From Candidatus Saelkia tenebricola (GTDB lineage: Bacteria > Omnitrophota > Gorgyraeia > Kaelpiales > Kaelpiaceae), in contig JAVCDA010000046.1 in the NCBI GenBank assembly GCA_030765145.1, forward strand, positions 6,142 through 70,141: DNA of 64,000 bases. The letters are read 5' to 3'. The position numbers and the translations under genes were made by a program. The notes beneath the pieces were generated by a model, which had not been told where the DNA came from, did no database searches, and saw only the letters and a program-made list of their open reading frames with translations. Shown one piece after another: positions 9,746 through 19,615 of this stretch (position 1 is its first letter; the number at the start of each line of letters is the position of its first letter).

Positions 9746-10969
9746 ATGGCGCAGATAAAAGCTTTTAAAGGTCTATTGTATAATGGTAGTAAAGTAGAAA
9801 TAGATAAAGTTATTACCCCTCCATATGATGTTATAGGCGAAGAGATGAGAAGTTATTTTCATAATCTTTCTCCATATAATATTATAAAATTAATTCTGAA
9901 TGATTCTGATTCTCCTTATAAAGAAGCTCGTAAGGTTCTCAATTCCTGGATAGAAAAAGAGGTTCTTGTTGCTGATACAGATGATGCCATTTATCTTTAT
10001 CGGCAGGTATTTAATTACCGGGGTAAGTCTTATAACAGGTATGGATTTATTTCGCTTTTAAAGTTAGAGGATCCGGGAAGTGAAATCTTGCCTCATGAAA
10101 AAACTTATGAAGGACCCAAAAAAGACAGATTCAATTTATTAATAGAAACCGAAGCTAACCTGTCTCCTATTTTTGTTGCTTTTTCAGACAAAGAGAAGAG
10201 ATTGTTGGATATATTTAAAAAAACAGAGCAAACTGAGGCTGTTTTTGATTTTGATTTTGAAAATGTAATACATTCATTCTGGAAAATTATAGACACAGAT
10301 ATTATTGATCAGTTTAAAGAAGTTTTATCCGACAAATATATTCTTATAGCAGATGGCCATCACAGGTATGAAGTGGCTTTAAACTATCGAAATCTTAGAA
10401 GAAAGGAAAATTCGGTTTCAAAGGAGGCGCCGTATGATTATGTTATGAGTTTCTTTGCACCGATAGAGCAAGAAGGACTTCTTATTTTACCAACACACAG
10501 ACTGGTAAATTTAGAGGTAGAAATTTCTGTTATGTTGAATAAGCTTTCAGGATATTTTGAAGTCATTGTATGCGATAATAAGGAACAATTATTCAATGGT
10601 TTATGTCATCAAAAATATCCCAGTTTTGGTCTTTATGTGGAAAATAAATTCTATCTTTTAAAAATTAAGAAATCTGCAAATAATGACTTTGTAGATAAAA
10701 GTGATCCTTTATCGAAATTGGATGTTGTTGTTTTTCAGAATTTGATACTGAATAATATATTTAATTATCAAAGTGTTGTGAGTTATACTCAAAATGAGGA
10801 TGAGGCTATAGAGCGGGTTAATAGCGGTGAGTTTAATGCAGCGTTTTTACTTAGAGCCACTTCTATGGAACAAGTTGTTGATGTAGCCGAGAAGAAATTA
10901 TTGATGCCTCAGAAATCAACATACTTTTATCCGAAGGTTTTAACCGGACTTCTTATTCATAAATTTTGA
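9746..10969 (+). CDS. DUF1015-family protein (conserved, function unknown)
   Basis: Contains the 'ADGHHRYE' motif typical of DUF1015/COG4198. No other recognisable domain. Confidence 0.6.
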   Translation: MAQIKAFKGLLYNGSKVEIDKVITPPYDVIGEEMRSYFHNLSPYNIIKLILNDSDSPYKEARKVLNSWIEKEVLVADTDDAIYLYRQVFNYRGKSYNRYGFISLLKLEDPGSEILPHEKTYEGPKKDRFNLLIETEANLSPIFVAFSDKEKRLLDIFKKTEQTEAVFDFDFENVIHSFWKIIDTDIIDQFKEVLSDKYILIADGHHRYEVALNYRNLRRKENSVSKEAPYDYVMSFFAPIEQEGLLILPTHRLVNLEVEISVMLNKLSGYFEVIVCDNKEQLFNGLCHQKYPSFGLYVENKFYLLKIKKSANNDFVDKSDPLSKLDVVVFQNLILNNIFNYQSVVSYTQNEDEAIERVNSGEFNAAFLLRATSMEQVVDVAEKKLLMPQKSTYFYPKVLTGLLIHKF

Positions 10970-11057
10970 ATTGATATAAACCTGTCTTTGGCATATAATG
11001 AACAACCAATAATCAGTGATTTTTAATCTATAATTGATAACTTATTAATTTGCTATT

Positions 11058-11900
11058 ATGTCATTTTGGGGGAAGCCTAAATATACTCTGGTAAGAATTG
11101 CTCGTAAAAGGGATATGCCTTCAGGACTTTGGAGCAAATGTCCTTCCTGCGGAGAGATTGTATTTAGAAAAAAAATCGAAGAAAACTTAAAAGTATGTTC
11201 TAAATGCGAGTACCATTTTACTTTAAGGGCTGCAGAAAGAATACGTTTGACTGTAGATAAAGGTTCTTTTCAAGAAATGGATAAGCATATTCTTTCGCTT
11301 GATCATTTAAATTTTCAAGGGCCTAAGTCTTATAAGGAAAAGTTAAAAGAAGAGCGGGAAAAGACTAAGATGAATGATGCAGTTATTACCGGTAAAGCGA
11401 AAATAAACAGTCTGGATCTTATTATTGGTGTTACAGATTCTCAGTTTATGATGGGTTCTATGGGGTGTGTTTTAGGGGAGAAAATTACGCGTGCAGCAGA
11501 GAGGGCTGTTGAAGAAAGATTACCATTAGTTGTCATATCCGGTTCCGGAGGTGGTGCCAGGATGCAAGAAGGAATGTTTTCTCTGATGCAGATGGCTAAA
11601 ACTTCCGGTGCTTTAGGGAGACTTAAAGTAGAAAATTTGCCCTATATTTCTGTTCTTACAGATCCTACTATGGCGGGGGTTTTAGCAAGTTTTGCATCAT
11701 TAGGAGATGTTTTGATCGCAGAACCCCGAGCATTAATTGGTTTTACAGGGCCTCGTGTGATTGAGCAGACAATCAGGCAGAAATTACCTAAAGGGTTTCA
11801 AACGTCAGAATTTCTTCTTGAGCATGGTCTTATTGATATGATTGTACATAGACAAGATTTGAAAGATACCTTAAGTTCTTTAATCGGGTATTTTACTTAA
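11058..11900 (+). CDS. accD: acetyl-CoA carboxylase carboxyltransferase subunit beta
   Basis: N-terminal zinc ribbon 'CPSCGEIVF...CSKCEYH', a carboxyltransferase domain, and 'GGGARMQEG'. Confidence 0.9.
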   Translation: MSFWGKPKYTLVRIARKRDMPSGLWSKCPSCGEIVFRKKIEENLKVCSKCEYHFTLRAAERIRLTVDKGSFQEMDKHILSLDHLNFQGPKSYKEKLKEEREKTKMNDAVITGKAKINSLDLIIGVTDSQFMMGSMGCVLGEKITRAAERAVEERLPLVVISGSGGGARMQEGMFSLMQMAKTSGALGRLKVENLPYISVLTDPTMAGVLASFASLGDVLIAEPRALIGFTGPRVIEQTIRQKLPKGFQTSEFLLEHGLIDMIVHRQDLKDTLSSLIGYFT

Positions 11901-12469
11901 GGGTTTCCTAACTTCCATTTTTCCAGGATTTCGTAAGTTGGTCCTTTTGGTGTAAGAGTACTTTTAAATAATGTAATTTCACCAATTAATATTTCATCAA
12001 ATTGAAAATATTCAAGTTCTGTTAATGATTTTGTTAAAATATGACCATTCTCCTTAGATTTAACGCGTGCAATGGTTAAATGAGGGTGAAATTCTCTGGA
12101 GTCTGTTTGAATATGGATTATGTTTAAGATATTTTTTACTCTCTCTTGGGTATCTTTTAATTTTGTTGCGCCTTCTTTTATTCCTATCCAGATTATATGG
12201 GGATTTTTTATGTTTGGGAAAGCCCCGATTCCTTGAGGTCTGATTTTAAAGCTTTCTATATTTTTCATTATAACCGGGATTTTTTTGTTTAAAGAGTCTA
12301 TTTTACTAATATCTAAATTGCCTAAAAAATGCAGAGTTAAGTGTATATTTTTAGGTTCTACCAGTTTTAAATAAACGTTTAAGTTTTTAAAATTATTTTG
12401 AATTTCGGATATGCGAAACTGGGTTTGTTTATTTAACTCTATCGCTATGAAAGTTCTTAAAGTTTGCAC
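11897..12469 (-). CDS. thpR: RNA 2',3'-cyclic phosphodiesterase (2H phosphoesterase, LigT/ThpR)
   Basis: Two H-x-T-x motifs, 'HLTLHFLG' and 'HPHLTIAR'; about 190 aa. Confidence 0.8.
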   Translation of the reverse strand: MQTLRTFIAIELNKQTQFRISEIQNNFKNLNVYLKLVEPKNIHLTLHFLGNLDISKIDSLNKKIPVIMKNIESFKIRPQGIGAFPNIKNPHIIWIGIKEGATKLKDTQERVKNILNIIHIQTDSREFHPHLTIARVKSKENGHILTKSLTELEYFQFDEILIGEITLFKSTLTPKGPTYEILEKWKLGNP

Positions 12470-12948
12470 AATTGTTCCAATAATAATTTTAATGCGGAAG
12501 AAGCAGCAATATGTTTTATCTCTTCGCGATTTCCTTTAAAATTGTATTTTTTAACAATTGTTTTTTCAACAGTGGCTATACCTATATATACTTCTCCGAT
12601 AGGTTTGCCTTCTGATTTCAAAGGTCCTGCAACCCCGGTTATACTTATAGCTATATCTGAATCTGCTATAAATCTTGTGTTGATAGCCATTGCTTTTGCA
12701 CATTCTTTGCTTATTGCACCATGCTTTTTAAGAAGTTTTTTGTCTATTTTAAGAAATTTTTCTTTTGCATGATAACTGTAGGGAATAAATCCTGTTTTAA
12801 AGAATTCAGAACTGCCAGGTGTATTTGTTAATATATGGGAAAGCAATCCCCCTGTGCATGACTCTGCAACAGAGAGAGTCAGTTTCTTAGCACGAAGCTT
12901 TTCTGCAATTAGATATCCCTGGTTTTCTTGGGTGTTTCCCTCTGACAT
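12457..12948 (-). CDS. pncC: CinA C-terminal domain protein / nicotinamide-nucleotide amidohydrolase PncC-like
   Basis: 'LSVAESCTGGLL' motif characteristic of the CinA C-terminal domain; 163 aa. Confidence 0.75.
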   Translation of the reverse strand: MSEGNTQENQGYLIAEKLRAKKLTLSVAESCTGGLLSHILTNTPGSSEFFKTGFIPYSYHAKEKFLKIDKKLLKKHGAISKECAKAMAINTRFIADSDIAISITGVAGPLKSEGKPIGEVYIGIATVEKTIVKKYNFKGNREEIKHIAASSALKLLLEQLCKL

Positions 12949-13016
12949 AGTTTTATATTTTACAGGTTGTTTTCGTTATTGAAAATAGATTTCTTTTAGT
13001 TTAGAATAGGCAGATT

Positions 13017-13502
13017 ATGAAGATAAAGGGAAAAGTTTGGAAATTTGGTGATGATGTTGATACGGATTTAATAATACCTGCTAAGTATCTTGTTACAACC
13101 GATGCAAAAGAATTAGGCAGTCATTGTTTGGAAAACATAAAACAGGGGTTCCCTGAAAGAGTTAATAAGGGGGACATTATTGTTGCCGGAAAAAATTTCG
13201 GTTCCGGATCATCACGGGAACATGCTCCCTTAGCAATTAAAGGAGCTGGTGTATCGGCTGTTTTAGCCGAGTCATTTGCTAGAATATTTTCTCGTAATGC
13301 AATAAACATAGGATTGCCTATTATAGAAATAGAAGAGATGAATAAATTTAAAGATTACGATTTAATTGAAATAGATTTTATAAACGGTAGGGTAAGAAAT
13401 TTAAGTCAGGATAAAGAATATAAATTTCAAAAGTACCCCGAATTTTTACAGAATATCATAAGAGCAGGAGGTTTAATGAAATGGGCACAGAGAATGGTGT
13501 GA
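13017..13502 (+). CDS. leuD: 3-isopropylmalate dehydratase small subunit (short, archaeal-type LeuD)
   Basis: '[13 protein letters not shown]' aconitase-swivel motif; about 161 aa, short like archaeal LeuD/HACN small subunits. No large subunit is adjacent. Confidence 0.75.
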   Translation: MKIKGKVWKFGDDVDTDLIIPAKYLVTTDAKELGSHCLENIKQGFPERVNKGDIIVAGKNFGSGSSREHAPLAIKGAGVSAVLAESFARIFSRNAINIGLPIIEIEEMNKFKDYDLIEIDFINGRVRNLSQDKEYKFQKYPEFLQNIIRAGGLMKWAQRMV

Positions 13503-14572
13503 GGTCATATAATATTGCAGTAATATCTGGTGATGGCACTGGTCCTGAAGTTATTCAGGAAGGGATAAAAGTGCTTAATGAGGCAGGTTTGAGATTTAAC
13601 TTTAAATTGAATTTTAAAGAATATGATTTTGGGGGAGAAAGATATTTAAAGACTCATGAAATATTGCTTGATTCTGATTTAGAAGAACTGAAAAAATATG
13701 ACACAATATATTTAGGGGCGATTGGGCATCCGGATGTTGCGCCTGGGGTACTTGAGAAGGGAATTTTGTTAAAGACAAGATTTGCATTAGATCAATATAT
13801 TAATCTAAGACCGGTTAAATTATATCCCGGTGTTGAGACTCCTCTAAAAGATAAGGGGCCTGATGATATCGATTTTGTAGTAGTAAGAGAAAATACAGAA
13901 GGCTTATATACAGGATGTGGCGGTTTTCTTAAGAAAGGTACTTCTGGTGAAGTTGCAATACAGGAATCTGTTAACACAAGATTCGGTGTTGAAAGATGTA
14001 TTAGATTTGCGTTTGAATACACAAAAAAGAGAAATAAAGCTAAAAAGCTTACCCTTTGCGGAAAAACTAATGTTTTAACCTATGCTTTCAATTTATGGGA
14101 GAGGGCATTTAATGAAGTGGCAAAAGAATATCCTGACATTACTACAGATTATGCGCATGTTGATGCTACTTGTATGTGGATGGTTAAGAATCCGGAATGG
14201 TTTGATGTCATTGTAACCGACAATATGTTTGGAGATATTATAACCGATTTAGGCGCTATGATACAGGGTGGTATGGGTATTGCTGCCGGAGGTAATATTA
14301 ATCCAGAGGGTGTTTCTATGTTTGAGCCTATTGGAGGTTCTGCTCCTAAATATACCGGTAAAAATATAATTAATCCTTTGGCTGCAATTTCAGCAGGAGC
14401 AATGATGCTCGAATATTTAGGGGAAGAAAAAGCAGCTTTAAAAATAGAGCAAGCTGTTATGTATGTTACAGCTAATAAGTTGAAAAGTTTATCGGCCGGT
14501 AAAATGGGCTATTCTACATCTGAAGTAGGTCAGATGGTGGCAGAATTTGTTGCTAAAGATAAAATTTGTTAG
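13481..14572 (+). CDS. leuB: 3-isopropylmalate dehydrogenase (isocitrate/isopropylmalate dehydrogenase family)
   Basis: 'IAVISGDGTGPEV' N-terminus and IDH/IMDH fold motifs. The assignment to leucine biosynthesis rests on adjacency to leuD. Confidence 0.75.
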   Translation: MGTENGVRSYNIAVISGDGTGPEVIQEGIKVLNEAGLRFNFKLNFKEYDFGGERYLKTHEILLDSDLEELKKYDTIYLGAIGHPDVAPGVLEKGILLKTRFALDQYINLRPVKLYPGVETPLKDKGPDDIDFVVVRENTEGLYTGCGGFLKKGTSGEVAIQESVNTRFGVERCIRFAFEYTKKRNKAKKLTLCGKTNVLTYAFNLWERAFNEVAKEYPDITTDYAHVDATCMWMVKNPEWFDVIVTDNMFGDIITDLGAMIQGGMGIAAGGNINPEGVSMFEPIGGSAPKYTGKNIINPLAAISAGAMMLEYLGEEKAALKIEQAVMYVTANKLKSLSAGKMGYSTSEVGQMVAEFVAKDKIC

Positions 14573-14582
14573 GGGGAAAAGA

Positions 14583-15605
14583 ATGAAAGAATATAACGTT
14601 GCAGTTGCTGGGGCAACCGGTGTTGTGGGCCGAGAAATGATTAATGTTTTAGAAGAAAGTGGGTTTCCTGTTAAAAAATTGCTTCCTTTAGCTTCAGAGC
14701 GTTCTTTAGGTAAAGAGGTTAATTTTAAGGGAAACAAAATCAAGGTGGAACTTTTAGGTGAAGATTCATTTAAGGATATAGATATAGCGTTATTTTCTGC
14801 AGGAGCTTCTATTAGCAAAAAAATTGCTCCTTTTGCAGTTCAGTCCGGGGGTGTTGTGATAGATAATTCCTCGGCTTTTCGAATGGATAAAGAAGTTCCT
14901 TTAGTTGTGCCGGAGGTAAATCCCCAAGATGCATTTAAACATAATGGTATTATAGCTAATCCCAATTGTTCGACAATTCAAATGGTTGTTGTTTTGAAAC
15001 CGATACATGATATGTTCGGGATAAAAAGGGTTATAGTCAGTACTTATCAGTCTGTATCTGGATGGGGGAAAGAAGCGGTGGATCAATTATGGAGTGAACT
15101 TGATGAAATAGTAAAAAATAGGCAGCCATTATTAAAAGAAAGAGTGGAAAAAGTACTTCCCCATCAAATAGCATTTAACCTGTTTCCTCACATAGATATA
15201 TTCACAGACGATGGCTATACAAAAGAAGAACTTAAGATGGCTAATGAAACTAATAAAATTATGCATGCAGATTTAGGTGTTAGTGCAACTTGTGTGCGAG
15301 TGCCGGTTTTAATTTCTCATAGTGAGGCAATTAATATAGAATTAAATAAAAGTGCGACTCCTGAGCAAATAAAAGAAGTACTTTCTAATGCCTCGGGTGT
15401 TAAGGTTATGGACGATGTAGCTGAAAATATATATCCAATGCCGTTATATGCTGCCGGTTATAATCCATCATATGTTGGAAGAATCAGAAAAGATTCAACT
15501 ATTGATAATGGAATCTGGCTTTGGGTGGTTTCAGACAATTTAAAGAAAGGCGCAGCTTTAAATGCAGTTCAGATTGCAGAATTACTGATAAAAGAAAAAC
15601 AGTAA
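14583..15605 (+). CDS. asd: aspartate-semialdehyde dehydrogenase
   Basis: 'VAVAGATGVVG' Rossmann motif and an active-site Cys in 'NPNCSTI'. An AGGGGGA RBS lies before the ATG at 14583. Confidence 0.9.
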   Translation: MKEYNVAVAGATGVVGREMINVLEESGFPVKKLLPLASERSLGKEVNFKGNKIKVELLGEDSFKDIDIALFSAGASISKKIAPFAVQSGGVVIDNSSAFRMDKEVPLVVPEVNPQDAFKHNGIIANPNCSTIQMVVVLKPIHDMFGIKRVIVSTYQSVSGWGKEAVDQLWSELDEIVKNRQPLLKERVEKVLPHQIAFNLFPHIDIFTDDGYTKEELKMANETNKIMHADLGVSATCVRVPVLISHSEAINIELNKSATPEQIKEVLSNASGVKVMDDVAENIYPMPLYAAGYNPSYVGRIRKDSTIDNGIWLWVVSDNLKKGAALNAVQIAELLIKEKQ

Positions 15606-15628
15606 TTTCTGAGTAGTCAATATCTGTT

Positions 15629-17140
15629 ATGAAAGAAGATTTTATGCAGCCTCACCGTCCTCAATGGAAGTCAAGAGTTGGTTTCTTACTTGCAGCGTTA
15701 GGTTCTGCAGTTGGTCTAGGTAATATCTGGCGGTTTTCATACCTTTGTTATAAAAATGGTGGTGGAGCTTTTTTAATTCCTTATTTCTGTGCTTTAATTT
15801 GTGTGGGGATACCTTTGATGATTCTTGAAATTGGACTAGGGCATAAAATGAGAGGTTCGGCACCTATGAGTTTGGCAAAGGTAAACCCCAAGTGGGAATG
15901 GCTTGGCTGGTGGTCTGTTATGTTTGTCATGTTTGGAATAGTTCTTTATTATTCTGTTATTATATCTTGGTGTCTTAATTATTTGGTTTATTCTCTGGAT
16001 TTAAAGTGGGGTTCAGACCCTAATGCGTTTTTCTTTAAGGATTTTTTATCTTTAACACGCGGGCCTTCTGAAATAGGTAATATACGTTCTAATATTTTAG
16101 GAGCACTTGCGATAGTATGGTTTATTAACTGGTTGATAGTATTTTTAGGAATTGAGAAAGGAATAGAACGAGCGAACAAAATTTTTATGCCTTTACTTTT
16201 TGTCCTGACAGCAATACTTGTTTTTTGGAGTGTAAAATTACCTGGAGCACGGGAAGGTATAAGAGTTTACTTAAAACCGGATTTTACGATTCTTTCTAAG
16301 CCTGGTGTCTGGATAGATGCTTTCTCTCAGATTTTCTTTACCTTAAGCTTAGGGTTCGGAATCATGATTGCTTATGCATCTTATCTTCCCAGAAAATCAG
16401 ATATAGTGTTAAATGTGTATTGTATTGCGGTGTTGAATTGTATGTTTTCTTTTTTTGCAGGTTTTGCAGTTTTTTCAACCATTGGATATATGGCGTATCA
16501 AACCAATATGAATTTTAAAGATGTAATTCAAGAGTCCATTGGTTTGGCTTTCATAGCATATCCTAAAGCGATAAGCTTGCTTCCTTTTTTGCCTCAGGTT
16601 TTTGGTTTCCTTTTTTTCAGCACTCTTTTTATCGCCGGAATTTCATCTTCGATTTCAATTATTGAAGCATTTAACTCTGCTGTGGTAGATAAGTTTCATT
16701 TGAACAGAAAAACAGTTACAAGTGTATTATGCCTTTTGGGATTTTTAGGCTCGATAATATTTGCTACCGGAGGGGGATTATTCTGGATTGATATCGTAGA
16801 TCATTTTCTTTCTCATTACGGATTGGTAATAGTCGGGATATTGGAATGTGTTCTTATTGCTTGGGTATATAGGGCTGAAAAATTAAGGCACCATATAGAT
16901 CGTGTTTCGGATTTGAAAGTAGGAGTTTGGTGGAATGGAGTTATTAAATATTTGGTGCCGGGGATACTTTTAGTTATGTTGGTGAATGATGTTGTCTATG
17001 AAATCTTTAACCCTTATGGTGATTACCCTACGGTTGCGATTATATTAATAGGTAGAGATTGGCTGCTATATTCACTTGTTGCTGCTTTTATTATCGCAAT
17101 GCGTCCCTGGAGAAAAGATATACATTTTAATGGTGAATAA
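15629..17140 (+). CDS. sodium-dependent transporter, neurotransmitter:sodium symporter (NSS/SNF) family
   Basis: 'AVGLGNIWRFSYLCYKNGGGAFLIPY' signature and about 12 TM segments. Confidence 0.85.
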   Translation: MKEDFMQPHRPQWKSRVGFLLAALGSAVGLGNIWRFSYLCYKNGGGAFLIPYFCALICVGIPLMILEIGLGHKMRGSAPMSLAKVNPKWEWLGWWSVMFVMFGIVLYYSVIISWCLNYLVYSLDLKWGSDPNAFFFKDFLSLTRGPSEIGNIRSNILGALAIVWFINWLIVFLGIEKGIERANKIFMPLLFVLTAILVFWSVKLPGAREGIRVYLKPDFTILSKPGVWIDAFSQIFFTLSLGFGIMIAYASYLPRKSDIVLNVYCIAVLNCMFSFFAGFAVFSTIGYMAYQTNMNFKDVIQESIGLAFIAYPKAISLLPFLPQVFGFLFFSTLFIAGISSSISIIEAFNSAVVDKFHLNRKTVTSVLCLLGFLGSIIFATGGGLFWIDIVDHFLSHYGLVIVGILECVLIAWVYRAEKLRHHIDRVSDLKVGVWWNGVIKYLVPGILLVMLVNDVVYEIFNPYGDYPTVAIILIGRDWLLYSLVAAFIIAMRPWRKDIHFNGE

Positions 17141-17145
17141 TCAAT

Positions 17146-17877
17146 ATGAGGAATCTTAAACTTATTCTTGAGTATGATGGTACAAATTTTATTGGTTGGC
17201 AAAGACAAAAGAAAGGCTCTAGTATTCAGGGTGAAATCGAGAGGGTTTTAGAAAAAATATTACATCAGGAAGTAAGATTGATTTCCTCTGGTAGAACAGA
17301 TGCAGGAGTGCATGCTAAATTTCAGGTGGCTAATTTTAAAGCCCGGAGTTTAATCTCTGCGCAAGATATCAGAAGAGCATTAAATTCATTATTGCCTAAA
17401 GATATCAGAATAAAAAAAGCAGAAGATGTAGAAGAAGATTTTCACGCTCGTTTCTGTGTTCAAAGTAAGATTTATAAGTATCATATCTATTTAGGAGAGC
17501 ATGTGTCTCCGTTTATATCCAAGTATGTATGGCATGTGCCTTTTGAGCTAAATTATTCCGTTATATTAAAGGAAATGAATTGTCTTTTAGGCTGGCATGA
17601 TTTTGCTAAATTTCAAGCTGTGGGGAGCAGGATAAAGAATACATCCAGGTGTATTAGTAATGTGGGTTTTAAAAAAAGTGGTTATTTTTATGAATTTACA
17701 ATAGAGGCTAATGGTTTTTTGTATAAAATGGTTAGGTTAATTGTAGGTACGTTGATTGAGGTGGGAAGGGGTAAATTTGATAGTGGCAGAATTGCTTCAT
17801 TGCTTAGGGGGGACGATGTTAAAAGAGGTTCTGTAGCTCCTCCTCAAGGTTTATTTTTATGGAAAGTAATTTATTGA
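17146..17877 (+). CDS. truA: tRNA pseudouridine(38-40) synthase TruA
   Basis: 'GRTDAGVHA' catalytic Asp motif; 243 aa. Confidence 0.9.
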   Translation: MRNLKLILEYDGTNFIGWQRQKKGSSIQGEIERVLEKILHQEVRLISSGRTDAGVHAKFQVANFKARSLISAQDIRRALNSLLPKDIRIKKAEDVEEDFHARFCVQSKIYKYHIYLGEHVSPFISKYVWHVPFELNYSVILKEMNCLLGWHDFAKFQAVGSRIKNTSRCISNVGFKKSGYFYEFTIEANGFLYKMVRLIVGTLIEVGRGKFDSGRIASLLRGDDVKRGSVAPPQGLFLWKVIY

Positions 17878-18665
17878 AAAAAACGGCTGCATTTTATCTT
17901 CAGGTTTTCCTTATAAAAATGGGGTGGAAGCGCTTCTGGGAAGGCATATATTATAGCAAAATGTTGGAATATCAGCTTGTTCTTAAGGAGTTTGATTTTG
18001 CTAAAAATTGTAAAGTTCTTGATGTTGGCCCGGGGAAGAGTTTTCTACCCTTTTATTGGATTTTTAGAGGTCAAGAAGTATGGCTGGTGGATAATGGGCA
18101 ATTCTATCCTGATTTTGATAAATATTATCATAAAGTTATGAAGCAGAAATTTTCATCCTTGAAAGAAAAAATAAGTATAATTTGGGGTAATTTTTTAGAA
18201 ATTGATTTTCCAACAAATTATTTTGATATTATTTGTGCTATCTCAACACTGGAACATTTCCAGTCTTCAGATGATATAAAAGCAGTAATGAGGTTAGCTT
18301 CTCTTCTAAAAAAAGGGGGCAAATGCATTATTAGTCTTCCTTTTTCTCAAAGCGGAACTAAAGAGTCGATTCTGACAGCAGATGAAGGAGGATATTCCTA
18401 TTTTCAAAGAGATTATGATTTAAGTTGCGTTTATGCCAGAATTATAGAACGTGCGGGTTTAAAGTTAAAATATTTTACTATAATCGGCGAAAGATTACCT
18501 TGTTTAGGAAAGATTTTCTTTTTTCAAAAACCTTTGTCTAATTTTAAGCCTTTTTGGACAATTTTTTTGACAAGTCTATTTTGGAAAGTTTATTATAAAG
18601 GAAAGACAAAAGAAGTAAAACAGTTTAAATATCCTGGTGTAATAATATTAGTTCTTGAAAAGTAA
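17859..18665 (+). CDS. class I SAM-dependent methyltransferase-like protein
   Basis: Motif I-like 'VLDVGPGKSF' and a post-II-like 'ISTLEHF'. Weak assignment. Overlaps the end of truA. Confidence 0.45.
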   Translation: MESNLLKKTAAFYLQVFLIKMGWKRFWEGIYYSKMLEYQLVLKEFDFAKNCKVLDVGPGKSFLPFYWIFRGQEVWLVDNGQFYPDFDKYYHKVMKQKFSSLKEKISIIWGNFLEIDFPTNYFDIICAISTLEHFQSSDDIKAVMRLASLLKKGGKCIISLPFSQSGTKESILTADEGGYSYFQRDYDLSCVYARIIERAGLKLKYFTIIGERLPCLGKIFFFQKPLSNFKPFWTIFLTSLFWKVYYKGKTKEVKQFKYPGVIILVLEK

Positions 18666-19612
18666 TGAAGATAGAAAAGATATCAATAGTTATACCGGCT
18701 TTTAATGAAGAAGAAAGCCTTGTTCCTCTATTAATCGAAATAAATAATTTGTTTAAAAAGCTGCAATATCAATATGAGGTGATAGTTATAGATGATGGAA
18801 GTTGTGATTCTACCTGGGATGTTATCCTTGATTTTTCCCGTAATTCAAGCGGAAATATCAAAGGAGTACGTTTAATAAAAAACTATGGACAGACGGCTGC
18901 AATTCAAGTTGGTTTTAAGGAGTCTTGCGGTGATGTTATAATTGTGATGGATGCTGATGGGCAGAATGATCCTAATGATATTGGTTATCTCATAGCCGAA
19001 ATTGAGAAAGGTTATGATATTGTCAGTGGTTGGAGACATCAAAGAAAAGACTTTTTTTTAAGAGTAATAATGTCTTGGATGGGAAATTTTTTAGTCAAAA
19101 AAATTAGTGGGCTTGATTTGCATGATGTTGGATGCAGTCTTAAAGCATATAGAAAAGAATATATTAAAGATGTAAAGCTTTTAGGTGAAATGCATAGAAT
19201 ATTGCTGATATATTTGGCTGAAAGGGGAGCGCGTGTTAAGGAATTAAAAGTTAATCATAGGAAAAGAATAAATGGTAAATCTAAATATGGTATGGGTAGA
19301 GTGGTGAAGCTTGTTATGGATTTGATATTGTATAAGTTTTTTACCAAGTTTGCTTCTAAGCCAATCTATATGTTCGGAGGATTAGGGTTTTTTAGTATTC
19401 TTTTTTCTTTTTTGTTAGGGTTGTTTGTAATTTATAGAAAAATTGCATTTCATGGGGCTTGGATCAGCCCTTTGTTTTTTATCTCTGTAACATTTCTTAC
19501 AGTAGGTATTATTTTTATAATGTTAGGTATACTGGCTGAGCTGCTGGTCAGGATATACTATCAAACTCAATACGAGCTTCCTTATCAGGTGAAAGAGAAA
19601 GTAAATTCTTAA
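18665..19612 (+). CDS. GT2 glycosyltransferase, polyprenol-phosphate sugar synthase-like (Dpm1/ArnC-like) with C-terminal TM helices
   Basis: 'VIPAFNEEESL', 'VIDDGSCD' and 'DADGQNDP' (DxD) motifs, with two C-terminal hydrophobic helices. Confidence 0.8.
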   Translation: MKIEKISIVIPAFNEEESLVPLLIEINNLFKKLQYQYEVIVIDDGSCDSTWDVILDFSRNSSGNIKGVRLIKNYGQTAAIQVGFKESCGDVIIVMDADGQNDPNDIGYLIAEIEKGYDIVSGWRHQRKDFFLRVIMSWMGNFLVKKISGLDLHDVGCSLKAYRKEYIKDVKLLGEMHRILLIYLAERGARVKELKVNHRKRINGKSKYGMGRVVKLVMDLILYKFFTKFASKPIYMFGGLGFFSILFSFLLGLFVIYRKIAFHGAWISPLFFISVTFLTVGIIFIMLGILAELLVRIYYQTQYELPYQVKEKVNS

Positions 19613-19615
19613 ATA

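Noticed and set aside
12949-13016. T-box or leader-peptide attenuator before leuD
   Set aside because: The 68-bp divergent intergenic region is too short for a T-box or a leucine leader with terminator/antiterminator structure.
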